Assembly: GCA_029856435.1 (NCBI GenBank)
Contig: JAHQXB010000170.1
Coordinates: forward strand, 1 to 43,808
Length of the DNA: 43,808 nucleotides
DNA from: Candidatus Jordarchaeia archaeon
GTDB taxonomy: Archaea > Asgardarchaeota > Jordiarchaeia > Jordiarchaeales > Jordiarchaeaceae
Direction of reading: 5' to 3'
Shown: in pieces, positions 31,146 through 39,585 of the stretch
How the letters are laid out: the number at the start of each line of letters is the position of its first letter
How positions within the stretch are numbered: position 1 is the first letter of the stretch
Notes under the pieces: generated by a model
The model's input: the letters and a program-made list of their open reading frames with translations, nothing else
Told to the model about the DNA's origin: nothing
The model's database searches: none
Made by a program: the position numbers and the translations under genes

Positions 31146-32642
31146 ATGAGCGACAAACTTTGGGGAGGGCGTTTTAGCAAAAAGTCTAGGGAAGACGTGG
31201 AAAATTTTACCGCGGGAGAGGATATACTCCTCGACCAAAGGTTAGCAATTTATGACGTGTTGGGAACCATCGCCCATGACTACATGCTATATAAGGTGGG
31301 CGTTCTGAACAAGGAAACTCTCCAAAAAATCCTCGTTTCTCTAATGAATATTAAAAGGAGAATTGAGGAGAATAAATTCCAGCTCCTACCAGAGCTAGAG
31401 GACGTACATATGAACATTGAAAAAAAAGTAATCGAGGAAATCGGTGAGGAATATGGGGGGATGATGCACTTAGCGCGCTCAAGAAATGACCAAGTACTGC
31501 TGGATACTAGAATGTATCTCAGAGACCAAATAAATGAAGTCTCGGAGCTGGTTCTCAACTTAATTTCCACCTTTATTGATGTAGGCGAAAAAAATTTAGA
31601 AACACTTATGGTAGGCTACACGCATACACGCCAGGCACAACCGACCACAGTCGGGCACTGGTGCGCCGCCTACATTGACTCACTTCTAAGAATAGTAGAC
31701 AGATTGGAGGAAGTTTATGCTAGAGTTAATCAGTGCCCGCTTGGGTCCGGAGCAATCAGTGGAGTCAGTTGGCCTATTGATAGAAGCTTGACCGCAAGTT
31801 TATTGGGCTTTGACCGCGTTCAGGAAAACACACTGGATGCGGTATCCTCTAGGGGTGAAGTTGAATCCGAGATAGTATTCATTCTTTGTTTATTAATGAC
31901 AATTCTCAGTAGACTGTCCGAAGAGTTAATTTGGTGGTCAACTGGCGAGACGGGGCTAATTGAATTAGATGAGGCTTACACTACTGGAAGTAGTTTGATG
32001 CCTCAGAAGAAGAATCCCGACGTGCTCGAGCTCACTCGGGCGAGGACTGGTAGACTTTACGGCTGTCTAATACAGATCCTTACCATTCTCAAGGGGCTTC
32101 CCTCAGGGTACAATAGAGACCAACAAGAAATCAAGGAGCCCCTTTTTAGAAGTTTGGATACCGCTAAATCCGTGCTCAAAGTTATGCCCGGTTTAGTCAG
32201 CACACTCAAGTTCAATCAAGAACGGATGCTAAAGGTAATCTTGGACAGTTATTCCACAGCCACCGAACTTGTAGATTTATTAATTAAGAAAGCAAAAATA
32301 TCATTTCGCTCCGCGCATAGAATAGTGGGAATGTATGTTAAGCGAACACTTGAAAGCGGTAAAAAAATAGATCCAGAACTGTTGACTACTCTGATTAGGG
32401 AGGAAACTGGTAAAAAAATTGAGTTAGGTGGAGAGGTGATAGAGGAGGCCATTAACCCTCTTGCAATGCTAAGGAGGAGGAATCATATTGGAGGACCTGC
32501 ACCAGTTGAAGTCAAAAGAATGCTAACGGATAGAAAGGAAGCTCTGAAATCTAAAGGAAGTAGCCTTATGAAGAGAATTCAAAAATGTAAATCCGCCTTC
32601 ATAGAGCTGGAAAAACTTGTTAGAGAGGTTATTCCCAGCTAA
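31146..32642 (+). CDS. argH: Argininosuccinate lyase
   Basis: LWGGRF, EDVHMNIE, RSRNDQV, YTHTRQAQP and GSSLMPQKKNPD motifs. Confidence 0.97.
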   Translation: MSDKLWGGRFSKKSREDVENFTAGEDILLDQRLAIYDVLGTIAHDYMLYKVGVLNKETLQKILVSLMNIKRRIEENKFQLLPELEDVHMNIEKKVIEEIGEEYGGMMHLARSRNDQVLLDTRMYLRDQINEVSELVLNLISTFIDVGEKNLETLMVGYTHTRQAQPTTVGHWCAAYIDSLLRIVDRLEEVYARVNQCPLGSGAISGVSWPIDRSLTASLLGFDRVQENTLDAVSSRGEVESEIVFILCLLMTILSRLSEELIWWSTGETGLIELDEAYTTGSSLMPQKKNPDVLELTRARTGRLYGCLIQILTILKGLPSGYNRDQQEIKEPLFRSLDTAKSVLKVMPGLVSTLKFNQERMLKVILDSYSTATELVDLLIKKAKISFRSAHRIVGMYVKRTLESGKKIDPELLTTLIREETGKKIELGGEVIEEAINPLAMLRRRNHIGGPAPVEVKRMLTDRKEALKSKGSSLMKRIQKCKSAFIELEKLVREVIPS

Positions 32643-32766
32643 AAGTGTTCTGTTCGGAACTAGTTATTTTGGGTTGAGTTATTTTTAACACATTATGTTT
32701 TTATATCATTTCTCTTTTTTCTTGCCGCATCCAAAAATACTCGTAAATTATCGGAGGTTAGCAGGA

Positions 32767-32940
32767 ATGAAAGGCAAATGTCCAGAATGCTTCTTTGAGT
32801 TTGATGTGGAAGACAATGTTATGATAGGTGAAATAGTGGAGTGCCCCGACTGTGCGGTTCAATTGGAAGTGCTTGAGAAGAACAATGGCGGTGTAGTTTT
32901 CGAGACTGCACAGTTAGAAGAAGAAGATTGGGGCGAGTGA
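32767..32940 (+). CDS. lysW: Amino-group carrier protein LysW/ArgW
   Basis: CPEC..CPDC Zn motif and C-terminal EDWGE; 57 aa. Confidence 0.97.
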   Translation: MKGKCPECFFEFDVEDNVMIGEIVECPDCAVQLEVLEKNNGGVVFETAQLEEEDWGE

Positions 32941-32948
32941 CTACATCG

Positions 32949-33791
32949 ATGAAAATAGGACTGATTTACAACCAGATATCATGGGAAGAAAAGACAATAA
33001 TTGAAGAGGCAAAAAAACAGGGTTTGGAAATAAAACCTTTAGACTGTAGAAAGATGAGCCTAAAAATACAGGATGGTAACGCCTTTTCAGACATCGACCT
33101 TTTTCTGGAAAGATCTTTAAGCTATACAAAGGGACTTTACTCCACCATGGTTCTTGAATCTCAGGGCTTTAAGGTCATAAATTCGGCTGAGTGCCAAGAA
33201 ATATGCGGCAATAAACTAAAAACCTCTGCTACCTTGTATAGATCGGGAATACCACAACCCAAAACTTACATTGCCTTCTCATACGAATCAGCCCTCAAAG
33301 CCCTAGAAGAGCTGGGGTACCCTGCTATTATTAAACCTTTAATAGGAAGCTGGGGGAGACTGGTAGCAATTTTAAAAGATGAACAGTCAGCAAAAGCCAT
33401 AATAGAGTCCCGAGAAGTTCTGGGTTCTGTTTTTCACAAGGTTTACTACTTGCAGGAATTTATCAAAAGCGGAAGAGACATCAGAGCCTTCGTGGTGGGC
33501 GAATCAGTAGTTGCAGCCATGTATCGCTATCTGATTCCAGGAGACTGGAGAAGCAATGCAACCATAGGCGCCAAAGCAGAAGCATGCAAGGTTACACCAG
33601 AAATTGAAGACCTAGCCCTTAAAACAACCACCGCAACCAGAGGCGAAATAGTAGGTGTCGACATGTTCGAAAATGAAAATCAGCTCCTAGTGAACGAAGT
33701 AAACCACGCCCCCGGATTTAGACACATAACGCTGGCCACAGGGGTAAACGTAGCCGAGAAAATTATAAACTATTTACACAGGTGCAAATAA
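32949..33791 (+). CDS. lysX: LysW-glutamate / alpha-aminoadipate ligase (RimK/ATP-grasp family, LysX/ArgX)
   Basis: KPLIGSWGRLV, YLQEFI, RDIRAFVVG, DWRSN and VNEVN motifs; directly follows lysW. GTG 32937 is an alternative start. Confidence 0.93.
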   Translation: MKIGLIYNQISWEEKTIIEEAKKQGLEIKPLDCRKMSLKIQDGNAFSDIDLFLERSLSYTKGLYSTMVLESQGFKVINSAECQEICGNKLKTSATLYRSGIPQPKTYIAFSYESALKALEELGYPAIIKPLIGSWGRLVAILKDEQSAKAIIESREVLGSVFHKVYYLQEFIKSGRDIRAFVVGESVVAAMYRYLIPGDWRSNATIGAKAEACKVTPEIEDLALKTTTATRGEIVGVDMFENENQLLVNEVNHAPGFRHITLATGVNVAEKIINYLHRCK

Positions 33792-33886
33792 GAAAAAACA
33801 CCCAAAAACGCAAAGAAAAATTTGCTTATAAAAAACGTTTTTTCGTAGTCAAAAATGTTGGCACATGGTAAAGGAGAGTAACATCG

Positions 33887-34687
33887 TTGATTATTACAAT
33901 TAAAATTGGAGGATCATTAGCGAATAGGGAAACAGAGAGCCTGGTAGAAGATGTGAGCAAGCTGATAAAGGAACACAAATTAGTAATTGTTCACGGTGGA
34001 GGGCCTCAGATTAATCAAATCTCCAAGAAACTGGGGAAGGAGCCGATAATTGTGAGGTCGCCTAGCGGCTTTAAAAGTAGATTCACAGACAAAGAAACAA
34101 TGGATATAACAATCATGGCCATGGCGGGCAAAGTGAACAAAAACATAGTTGCCCTCCTACGTAAAAACCAAGTTCCCGCAATAGGACTAACTGGGCTAGA
34201 TGGAAAGACGATAGTCGCCGAAAGAAAAGACAAGATAGTTGCCATTGAGAACGGCAAAAAAAGGGTACTGAGAGGGGATTACAGCGGCAAAATCAGGGAA
34301 GTAAACGGAGCACTCCTCAAATTAATCATGGAAAACGGGTATCTTCCAGTAGTTGCACCCATTGGAATCAGTCTAGATAACGAGCCGGTAAACCTTGATG
34401 GGGATAGAGCCGCGGCGTACATCGCAAAGGCGGTAAACGCGGATATTTTCGTCTCACTCACAGATGTTCCAGGATTAATTATCGATGGTGAGTTGGTCCG
34501 AAATCTTAACAGGCAAGAAGCTGAGGAAGTTCTGAAAAAAGTGGAGGGTGGAATGCGGAAGAAGATTTTTGCAGCCCTTGAAGCTCTTGATTTAGGTATA
34601 AAAACGGTAATTATTTGTTCTGGTCTTGAAAAAAATCCTGTATCTTCAGCGCTTGAACTTAAAGTGGGGACTGTAATAAAATGGTAG
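33887..34687 (+). CDS. lysZ: LysW-glutamate / aminoadipate kinase
   Basis: IKIGGS, VHGGG, RFTDKET, NLDGDRAAA, LTDVPG and GGMRKK motifs. Confidence 0.93.
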   Translation: MIITIKIGGSLANRETESLVEDVSKLIKEHKLVIVHGGGPQINQISKKLGKEPIIVRSPSGFKSRFTDKETMDITIMAMAGKVNKNIVALLRKNQVPAIGLTGLDGKTIVAERKDKIVAIENGKKRVLRGDYSGKIREVNGALLKLIMENGYLPVVAPIGISLDNEPVNLDGDRAAAYIAKAVNADIFVSLTDVPGLIIDGELVRNLNRQEAEEVLKKVEGGMRKKIFAALEALDLGIKTVIICSGLEKNPVSSALELKVGTVIKW

Positions 34688-35772
34688 ACCCCATAGAATA
34701 CCTTTTGGAGATGCTGGAAATCCCTAGCGTCTCTGGAAAGGAGCACAGATTTTCTGTTTTTTTGATGGAGAGCCTTAAAAACATGGGCTACAAAGTTAAA
34801 CAGGACAACGTGGGAAACGTGCTTGGTAAAATAGGAGAAGGAAGACCCACACTTCTCTTTTCTTCTCATATTGACACTGTTCCGGGAGAGATTCCAGTTA
34901 GGGAGGAAAACGGGAGAATTTATGGTAGAGGTGCCGTTGATGCTAAAGCTTCCGTGGCCTCTATGATACTTGCAGGCTCCATAGTTCCAGAACTGAATGT
35001 GGATGGCACACTGGTATTTGCAGGTGTTGTGGAGGAGGAATCCAGTTTGAGGGGAATTCAGAGTTTATTGGAGGAAGACCTCAAAGCTGATTATGCAATA
35101 TTTGGTGAGCCGACAAAAAACGATAGAATATGTTTGGCATCTAAGGGTAGACTACTATTCAAAATAAATTTGAAAACTAGAGGCGGACATGTAGCCTGTT
35201 CCTGGGTTTACAAAAACTCCATAGAACTTGCATATGACCTTTGGAAAAAAATTAAGGAAAGTGTGGAGACTAAAGAGAAGTCACCCTTCTTTTCCACGAT
35301 TCCTAATCTCACACAAATAGTGGGTGGTGTGGCCCCTAACGTTATTCCCAGCGAGTGCCAATTATTTATAGATGTCCGTTTCCCATACCTTGTTAAATCC
35401 ACGAAGCTTTTGGGAACAGTTGAAAAAATCTTTAAAGAGTTTAGAGAAATAAATGGAGTTCAAATAAGTTATGATGTTTTGAGCCAAATAGAAGGATTTA
35501 GAGCGAATAAGGACTCTACACCAGTGAAAGAATTAGCCAAAGCAATTATAGATGTTAAACACACAGAGCCACGTTACATAAGAAAAACAGGCACCTGCTT
35601 CATGAATCTAATTGGGCGATGGTACAACATACCAATAGTAAGTTATGGGCCAGGAGACCCAGCGCTGGAACACACTGACGAGGAGAACATAGAAAAGAGG
35701 GAATTTTTGGAATCTATAGACATCCTTGAAAAAACAATTAGAAACATTTTTTGCCAAAAAAGAGAGTCCTAG
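34681..35772 (+). CDS. lysK: LysW-ornithine/lysine hydrolase (M20 peptidase, LysK/ArgE)
   Basis: SHIDTVPG, GRGAVDAK, VEEE, FGEP and YGPGD..LEH motifs; overlaps the lysZ stop. Confidence 0.9.
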   Translation: MVDPIEYLLEMLEIPSVSGKEHRFSVFLMESLKNMGYKVKQDNVGNVLGKIGEGRPTLLFSSHIDTVPGEIPVREENGRIYGRGAVDAKASVASMILAGSIVPELNVDGTLVFAGVVEEESSLRGIQSLLEEDLKADYAIFGEPTKNDRICLASKGRLLFKINLKTRGGHVACSWVYKNSIELAYDLWKKIKESVETKEKSPFFSTIPNLTQIVGGVAPNVIPSECQLFIDVRFPYLVKSTKLLGTVEKIFKEFREINGVQISYDVLSQIEGFRANKDSTPVKELAKAIIDVKHTEPRYIRKTGTCFMNLIGRWYNIPIVSYGPGDPALEHTDEENIEKREFLESIDILEKTIRNIFCQKRES

Positions 35773-35909
35773 ATGCAAACATCAACCACTCTGCCATTTG
35801 TAACTTTAATTAAACTTATCTATCACTAGAAGTGATTCATCTGACCCGCCACTAGCATAGACTTTTTAGAAGCCCCTGTTCGATAAAAGTCGTTAATTCA
35901 ATTATATGG

Positions 35910-36110
35910 CCAAAGGAAGGAACGCCCGTTCTGACACAGCGTTAACCTTGCATAGCTTGAGTCTTCCTCCCTCGGTTTCATGGGAAGGCTTTCTCCTAGG
36001 GAACGGTTGAAGCGGGCACATCTCCCTTGTTTTCGGTGGGATGATGTTCCCGGTTGTGGCCCTGTCCTCTTTTGGGCTTTTTCGAGCCTTCCGCATTCCG
36101 GGCTTGAGCT
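35910..36110. ncRNA. Candidate structured non-coding element of unknown family
   Basis: GC-rich intergenic block with stems 35910-35917/36068-36075, 35921-35925/35939-35943, 35967-35972/35998-36003 and 36013-36026/36038-36052; shares three collinear motifs with 43619-43797. Confidence 0.35.
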
Positions 36111-36204
36111 AGAATCGGATGCGCGACATGTATGTGTGGTTTTTTTGAGGAATGATGGGTTTAATGGTTTTTCTTTAACGTTAACTGTTGGGTTTCTCAA
36201 ACCG

Positions 36205-36312
36205 GGTGATGTAGAATTGTTCGGTTTCGCCTCAAAAAGGGGGTGTTTATAGGGCTTCTTTCACGATTTGGAGCCTTATTAGGGAGATGGAACCGAATAA
36301 ATCTGCACCACC
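36205..36312. mobile_element. 108-bp structured repeat / MITE-like element
   Basis: Nearly identical to 29331-29437 (a few substitutions and one extra G); GGGTTTCTCA occurs on both sides (36190-36199, 36313-36322). Confidence 0.8.
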
Positions 36313-36355
36313 GGGTTTCTCAGGTTAACAAGCTTTATTCTAAATAGAAGCAGTT

Positions 36356-36646
36356 TTAAACTCCCATCGAGAATCCAGCAACTTCCTCAATAAATTCCGC
36401 GTCAGCAAAACTAACCTTTCTGAAGAGGTTATCTCCGCTAACTTTTTTCATTCAACCTTCTTGTCACTAGGTGCTATAACTAGAAATGGCTTCTTGCACT
36501 CATTTACTAGCAGTAGAGACTTTGCAATTTGAGATGTGCTTATGCTTAGGGCTAATGCTGCTTGTTCTGAGGTAGCAGTTTTCACACTTAGTTTAATTAT
36601 TTCGGCAGATATATTTTGGTGCCCCAAAAATTTTTGATCCTCTCAA
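36356..36646 (-). pseudogene. YbaK/EbsC (INS-superfamily aminoacyl-tRNA deacylase) pseudogene
   Basis: Manual translation gives KFLGHQNISAEIIKLSVKTATSEQAALALSISTSQIAKSLLL..KPFLVIAPSDKKVE*KKLAEITSSE, then after a 1-bp deletion VSFADAEFIEEVAGFSMGV*. There is an in-frame TGA at 36448-36450 and a frameshift near 36417-36419. Confidence 0.8.
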
Positions 36647-36666
36647 CGCTGATGCAGAAATCAGTT

Positions 36667-37656
36667 TTACATCACAAGTGAAAGGATAGCCTTCTGAACA
36701 TGTAGCCTGTTTTCAGCTTCATCGTAAATTATGGAATGCGGCCCATCAACCACACCGTCTGTGGCCTCAACATTTCTCCTTATGGGCAGACAGTGCATAA
36801 AAATCGAATTTTTATTGGTAAGATCCATCAAGTCTTCGTTGCAAATCCAATTTCGAAAATTCACTCTGAGTTCTTTTTCTTCCTCGGGCTTCCCGTAGTA
36901 CTTGAGGGAACCCCATGCTTTCACGTACACAATATCAGCGTCGCGATAAGCTTCCTCCATGTTATGTGAAACCTCCAAATTGCAGCCGTTCGCCTCACAA
37001 TTGCTCCTAGCCCAACTCATTATCTGTTCATCCAGCTCAAAGCCCTTTGGATGCAGTAGGGTAACATCCAAACCGAACCTCGTCGCTATAAGAAGCGCAG
37101 AGTTGGGAACACTCACTGGCAAGGGTCTAGGGTGGTAAGCCCAGCTTAAAACAAACTTTTTACCCCTCAGATTCCCCATTTTCTCCTTAATAGTTAGTAT
37201 GTCAGCTAGAGCTTGGCAAGGATGAAAGAGGTCGCACTCCATATTAATTACAGGTATATCTGCCCACCTTGCAAATTCACGTACCACCTCGTTACTCTTT
37301 CCATATTGCCAGTCTGTGATGTTTGGAAATATACGAATAGAAATAGCATCGCCATACCTTGCCATAACCGAAGCGGTATCCTTTATAGATTCAGAACCCT
37401 TTCCAATCCAAGCCTTCTCAGCATCCATGTAGACCGCATGGCCGCCTAGCTGAGTCATACCAATCTCAAAAGACAAACGTGTACGAGTGCTAGGATTAAA
37501 AAAAAGCATAATAAGGGATTTCCCCTGTAGCGTCGAAGAGAAATTCTTAGGATTTTTTTTCATGTCCCCTGCAAGCTTTAATACAGACTCCAAATCCTCG
37601 AAACTCCATTCCTGAGTAGTTATCAAATCCTTACCCTTTAAATTGCCCTGAAACAT
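36667..37656 (-). CDS. argF': N-acyl-ornithine carbamoyltransferase (AOTCase/SOTCase, ArgF-prime family), not a canonical OTCase
   Basis: FFNPSTRTR, HPCQALAD, SWAYHPRPLP..VPNS, YVKAWG and HCLPIRRN; the canonical OTCase SMG loop is absent. Confidence 0.9.
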   Translation of the reverse strand: MFQGNLKGKDLITTQEWSFEDLESVLKLAGDMKKNPKNFSSTLQGKSLIMLFFNPSTRTRLSFEIGMTQLGGHAVYMDAEKAWIGKGSESIKDTASVMARYGDAISIRIFPNITDWQYGKSNEVVREFARWADIPVINMECDLFHPCQALADILTIKEKMGNLRGKKFVLSWAYHPRPLPVSVPNSALLIATRFGLDVTLLHPKGFELDEQIMSWARSNCEANGCNLEVSHNMEEAYRDADIVYVKAWGSLKYYGKPEEEKELRVNFRNWICNEDLMDLTNKNSIFMHCLPIRRNVEATDGVVDGPHSIIYDEAENRLHVQKAILSLVM

Positions 37657-37847
37657 GAAGACATCTCCTAGATTTGATATTTTCTTAACATTTACGCTTA
37701 TAGTTTAAAAAAGTTTCAACCAATCACAATTAAAATGCTAGTTCAAATAAAAAATAGAGGTGCGAATTCTTATTCAGAAATACTCGCAAACATAAAATTA
37801 GTGGGCTAAAAATTTAACAAGTCCCAGAGAAAAATTTTTCACCTATC

Positions 37848-38186
37848 TTAGCATAATCCCGCTTCTTGCAATCTCTTCAGTACCTGTTCATACTTTTCCT
37901 TTCTATTTATTATATCGTTAACCATCTCTTCATTCATATGTGTCCCTGGGCGCACCTTAACTTCGGCGTCTACTCCTAAAGCGTCCTTCAGTTTCTTCTT
38001 AATAAGCACACCTATAACTGATCCCATAGGGCACATCGCTGAGGTAGGCTTGAAAGTTACTGTTATCTTTTTATCAGATTCGATTGTTATGTCGTCCTCA
38101 TTAACCATGTCAAGTTCCAATATTGACATCGGCATTTCGGGATCCTGCACTTCTTTCAAAACTTCAAGTACTTTTTGTTTGTCCAA
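37848..38186 (-). CDS. DUF59 / MIP18 / SufT-like Fe-S cluster assembly protein
   Basis: VLEVLKEVQDPEMPMSILELDMV and PTSAMCPMG motifs. Confidence 0.88.
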   Translation of the reverse strand: MDKQKVLEVLKEVQDPEMPMSILELDMVNEDDITIESDKKITVTFKPTSAMCPMGSVIGVLIKKKLKDALGVDAEVKVRPGTHMNEEMVNDIINRKEKYEQVLKRLQEAGLC

Positions 38187-38343
38187 TCATCAATTCTCCT
38201 TTATTCCCTTTTCGCGTGTCTATAATGGTTTGTGTCTTATAAATGTTTTTGGCTCATTTGAGAAATCTTCAATAAAAATTTGGAGAAGCACAACGGTGCT
38301 GCTTAACAATATATGAGAGAATCTCGTTGGGGTTTACTTTTTG

Positions 38344-39585
38344 CTAACATTTTTTTAAAACTTTGGCAATTATGTGCCTTAAGGGTAAATTTGTTTCTTT
38401 TGCTATTTTTTTAAGGTCTTCAAACTCGGGCTTAATTCTGATAACTTTGCCACTTGTATCTCTGGCGATTTTGAGTTTAAACTCGTAGGATTTGCCCTCA
38501 ATATTGATACAGGCAGTATTAATTTCGCGTTTCAAAACTAGTCTGGGAGTGGGGGTTATGCGAACCCCCAAGCTTCCGGTTTCGTCTATTAGTATTCTTG
38601 AAAGTTTGGGGGCGTCCTCCAAGCTCGATATTACTTTGATGATTTGTCCGGGGCGGCCTTTTTTTGTAACAACAGGTATTACGCTGACATCTTTCGCTCC
38701 TTTTTCGAATAGTACATCTACAGTTTGACCAATTATTTCTCCGGAAACATCATCAATGTTGGTCTCCAGAACTGCGACCATTTCCTCAATAAGGTTATAG
38801 GATTTCCCATTTGGAGCCTCACTGTCACCAATAATGATTCTTAAAACATTTGGTATGGTCGGAAAATTTTTCATTCCTGCACCATACCCTACCCTGATGT
38901 TTCGAATGCTGGGGAGAAAATTAGTAAACACGACGCCTAAGCTGGCAATTATTGAAGCTCCAGTAGGCGTAGTTAACTCAAAGTTAAGGGGCCCTCCTCT
39001 CAATAGAAAATTGTTGCTTTTAGCTATTTCTAATACGGCGGGAGGTGGAACGGACATAGTTCCATGCACAGATACCACTTGTCCGCCTCCCACGGCAATC
39101 GATGAACAGAACCATTGACAATCCTTTATTAGACCCAGATCATCGCAAGCCACAGCTGAACCTATAGCGTCTGCTAGAGTGTCAGCAGAACCTATTTCGT
39201 GTAAATGGGTGTAATCCTGATGTTCTCCATGAATCTTAGATTCCGCATCGGTGATAGTTCTCACAATTTTTATTGCAAATTCTTTGGCCTCCTGAGATAT
39301 AGGTAGTTCTTTTGCGCAGGCGATTGTAGCATCTAGAACTTCTTTTCCACTTCTGGGTTCATCTACTTCGTTTGGCACTATTTGAATTTGGGTTGCTTTT
39401 AACTCACACCTCGTGGTTTTACTAATGTTTACTTCTATTCCACTGCAACCTCTGAGAAATTTGGGAATAAGTTTTACAGCTTTGACCACCCTATCGGGGT
39501 CTGCACCTAAATCCAGTAATGCTCCCAAGAACATGTCACCGGAAATCCCAGCCACCTGGCAATCAATAAACGCCATTCTGCTCAT
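38344..39585 (-). CDS. larC: Nickel-pincer cofactor nickel insertion protein LarC
   Basis: AGISGDMFLGALLDLG, HLHEIGSAD, ELTTPTGA, ETNIDD, TKKGRPG and KPEFED motifs. Confidence 0.95.
   Translation of the reverse strand: MSRMAFIDCQVAGISGDMFLGALLDLGADPDRVVKAVKLIPKFLRGCSGIEVNISKTTRCELKATQIQIVPNEVDEPRSGKEVLDATIACAKELPISQEAKEFAIKIVRTITDAESKIHGEHQDYTHLHEIGSADTLADAIGSAVACDDLGLIKDCQWFCSSIAVGGGQVVSVHGTMSVPPPAVLEIAKSNNFLLRGGPLNFELTTPTGASIIASLGVVFTNFLPSIRNIRVGYGAGMKNFPTIPNVLRIIIGDSEAPNGKSYNLIEEMVAVLETNIDDVSGEIIGQTVDVLFEKGAKDVSVIPVVTKKGRPGQIIKVISSLEDAPKLSRILIDETGSLGVRITPTPRLVLKREINTACINIEGKSYEFKLKIARDTSGKVIRIKPEFEDLKKIAKETNLPLRHIIAKVLKKC

Noticed and set aside
35910-36110. RNase P RNA, SRP RNA or cobalamin riboswitch identity for the structured elements here and at 43619-43797
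   Set aside because: Only isolated short matches (GAGGAAG, TGAAAC, GGGAAGGC) are present; order, spacing and required partner motifs such as P4 pairing, SRP helix 8 and the B12 box are missing.
35898-36252. ORFs 35898-36200 (-), 35902-36096 (-) and 35980-36252 (+)
   Set aside because: They overlap the structured element and the repeat, have low-information sequence and show no family motif. A decayed TnpB tail cannot be supported from sequence alone.
36448-36450. In-frame TGA as a selenocysteine codon in the YbaK-like sequence
   Set aside because: The position is not a catalytic Cys site, and a frameshift and truncation follow, so decay is the simpler explanation.
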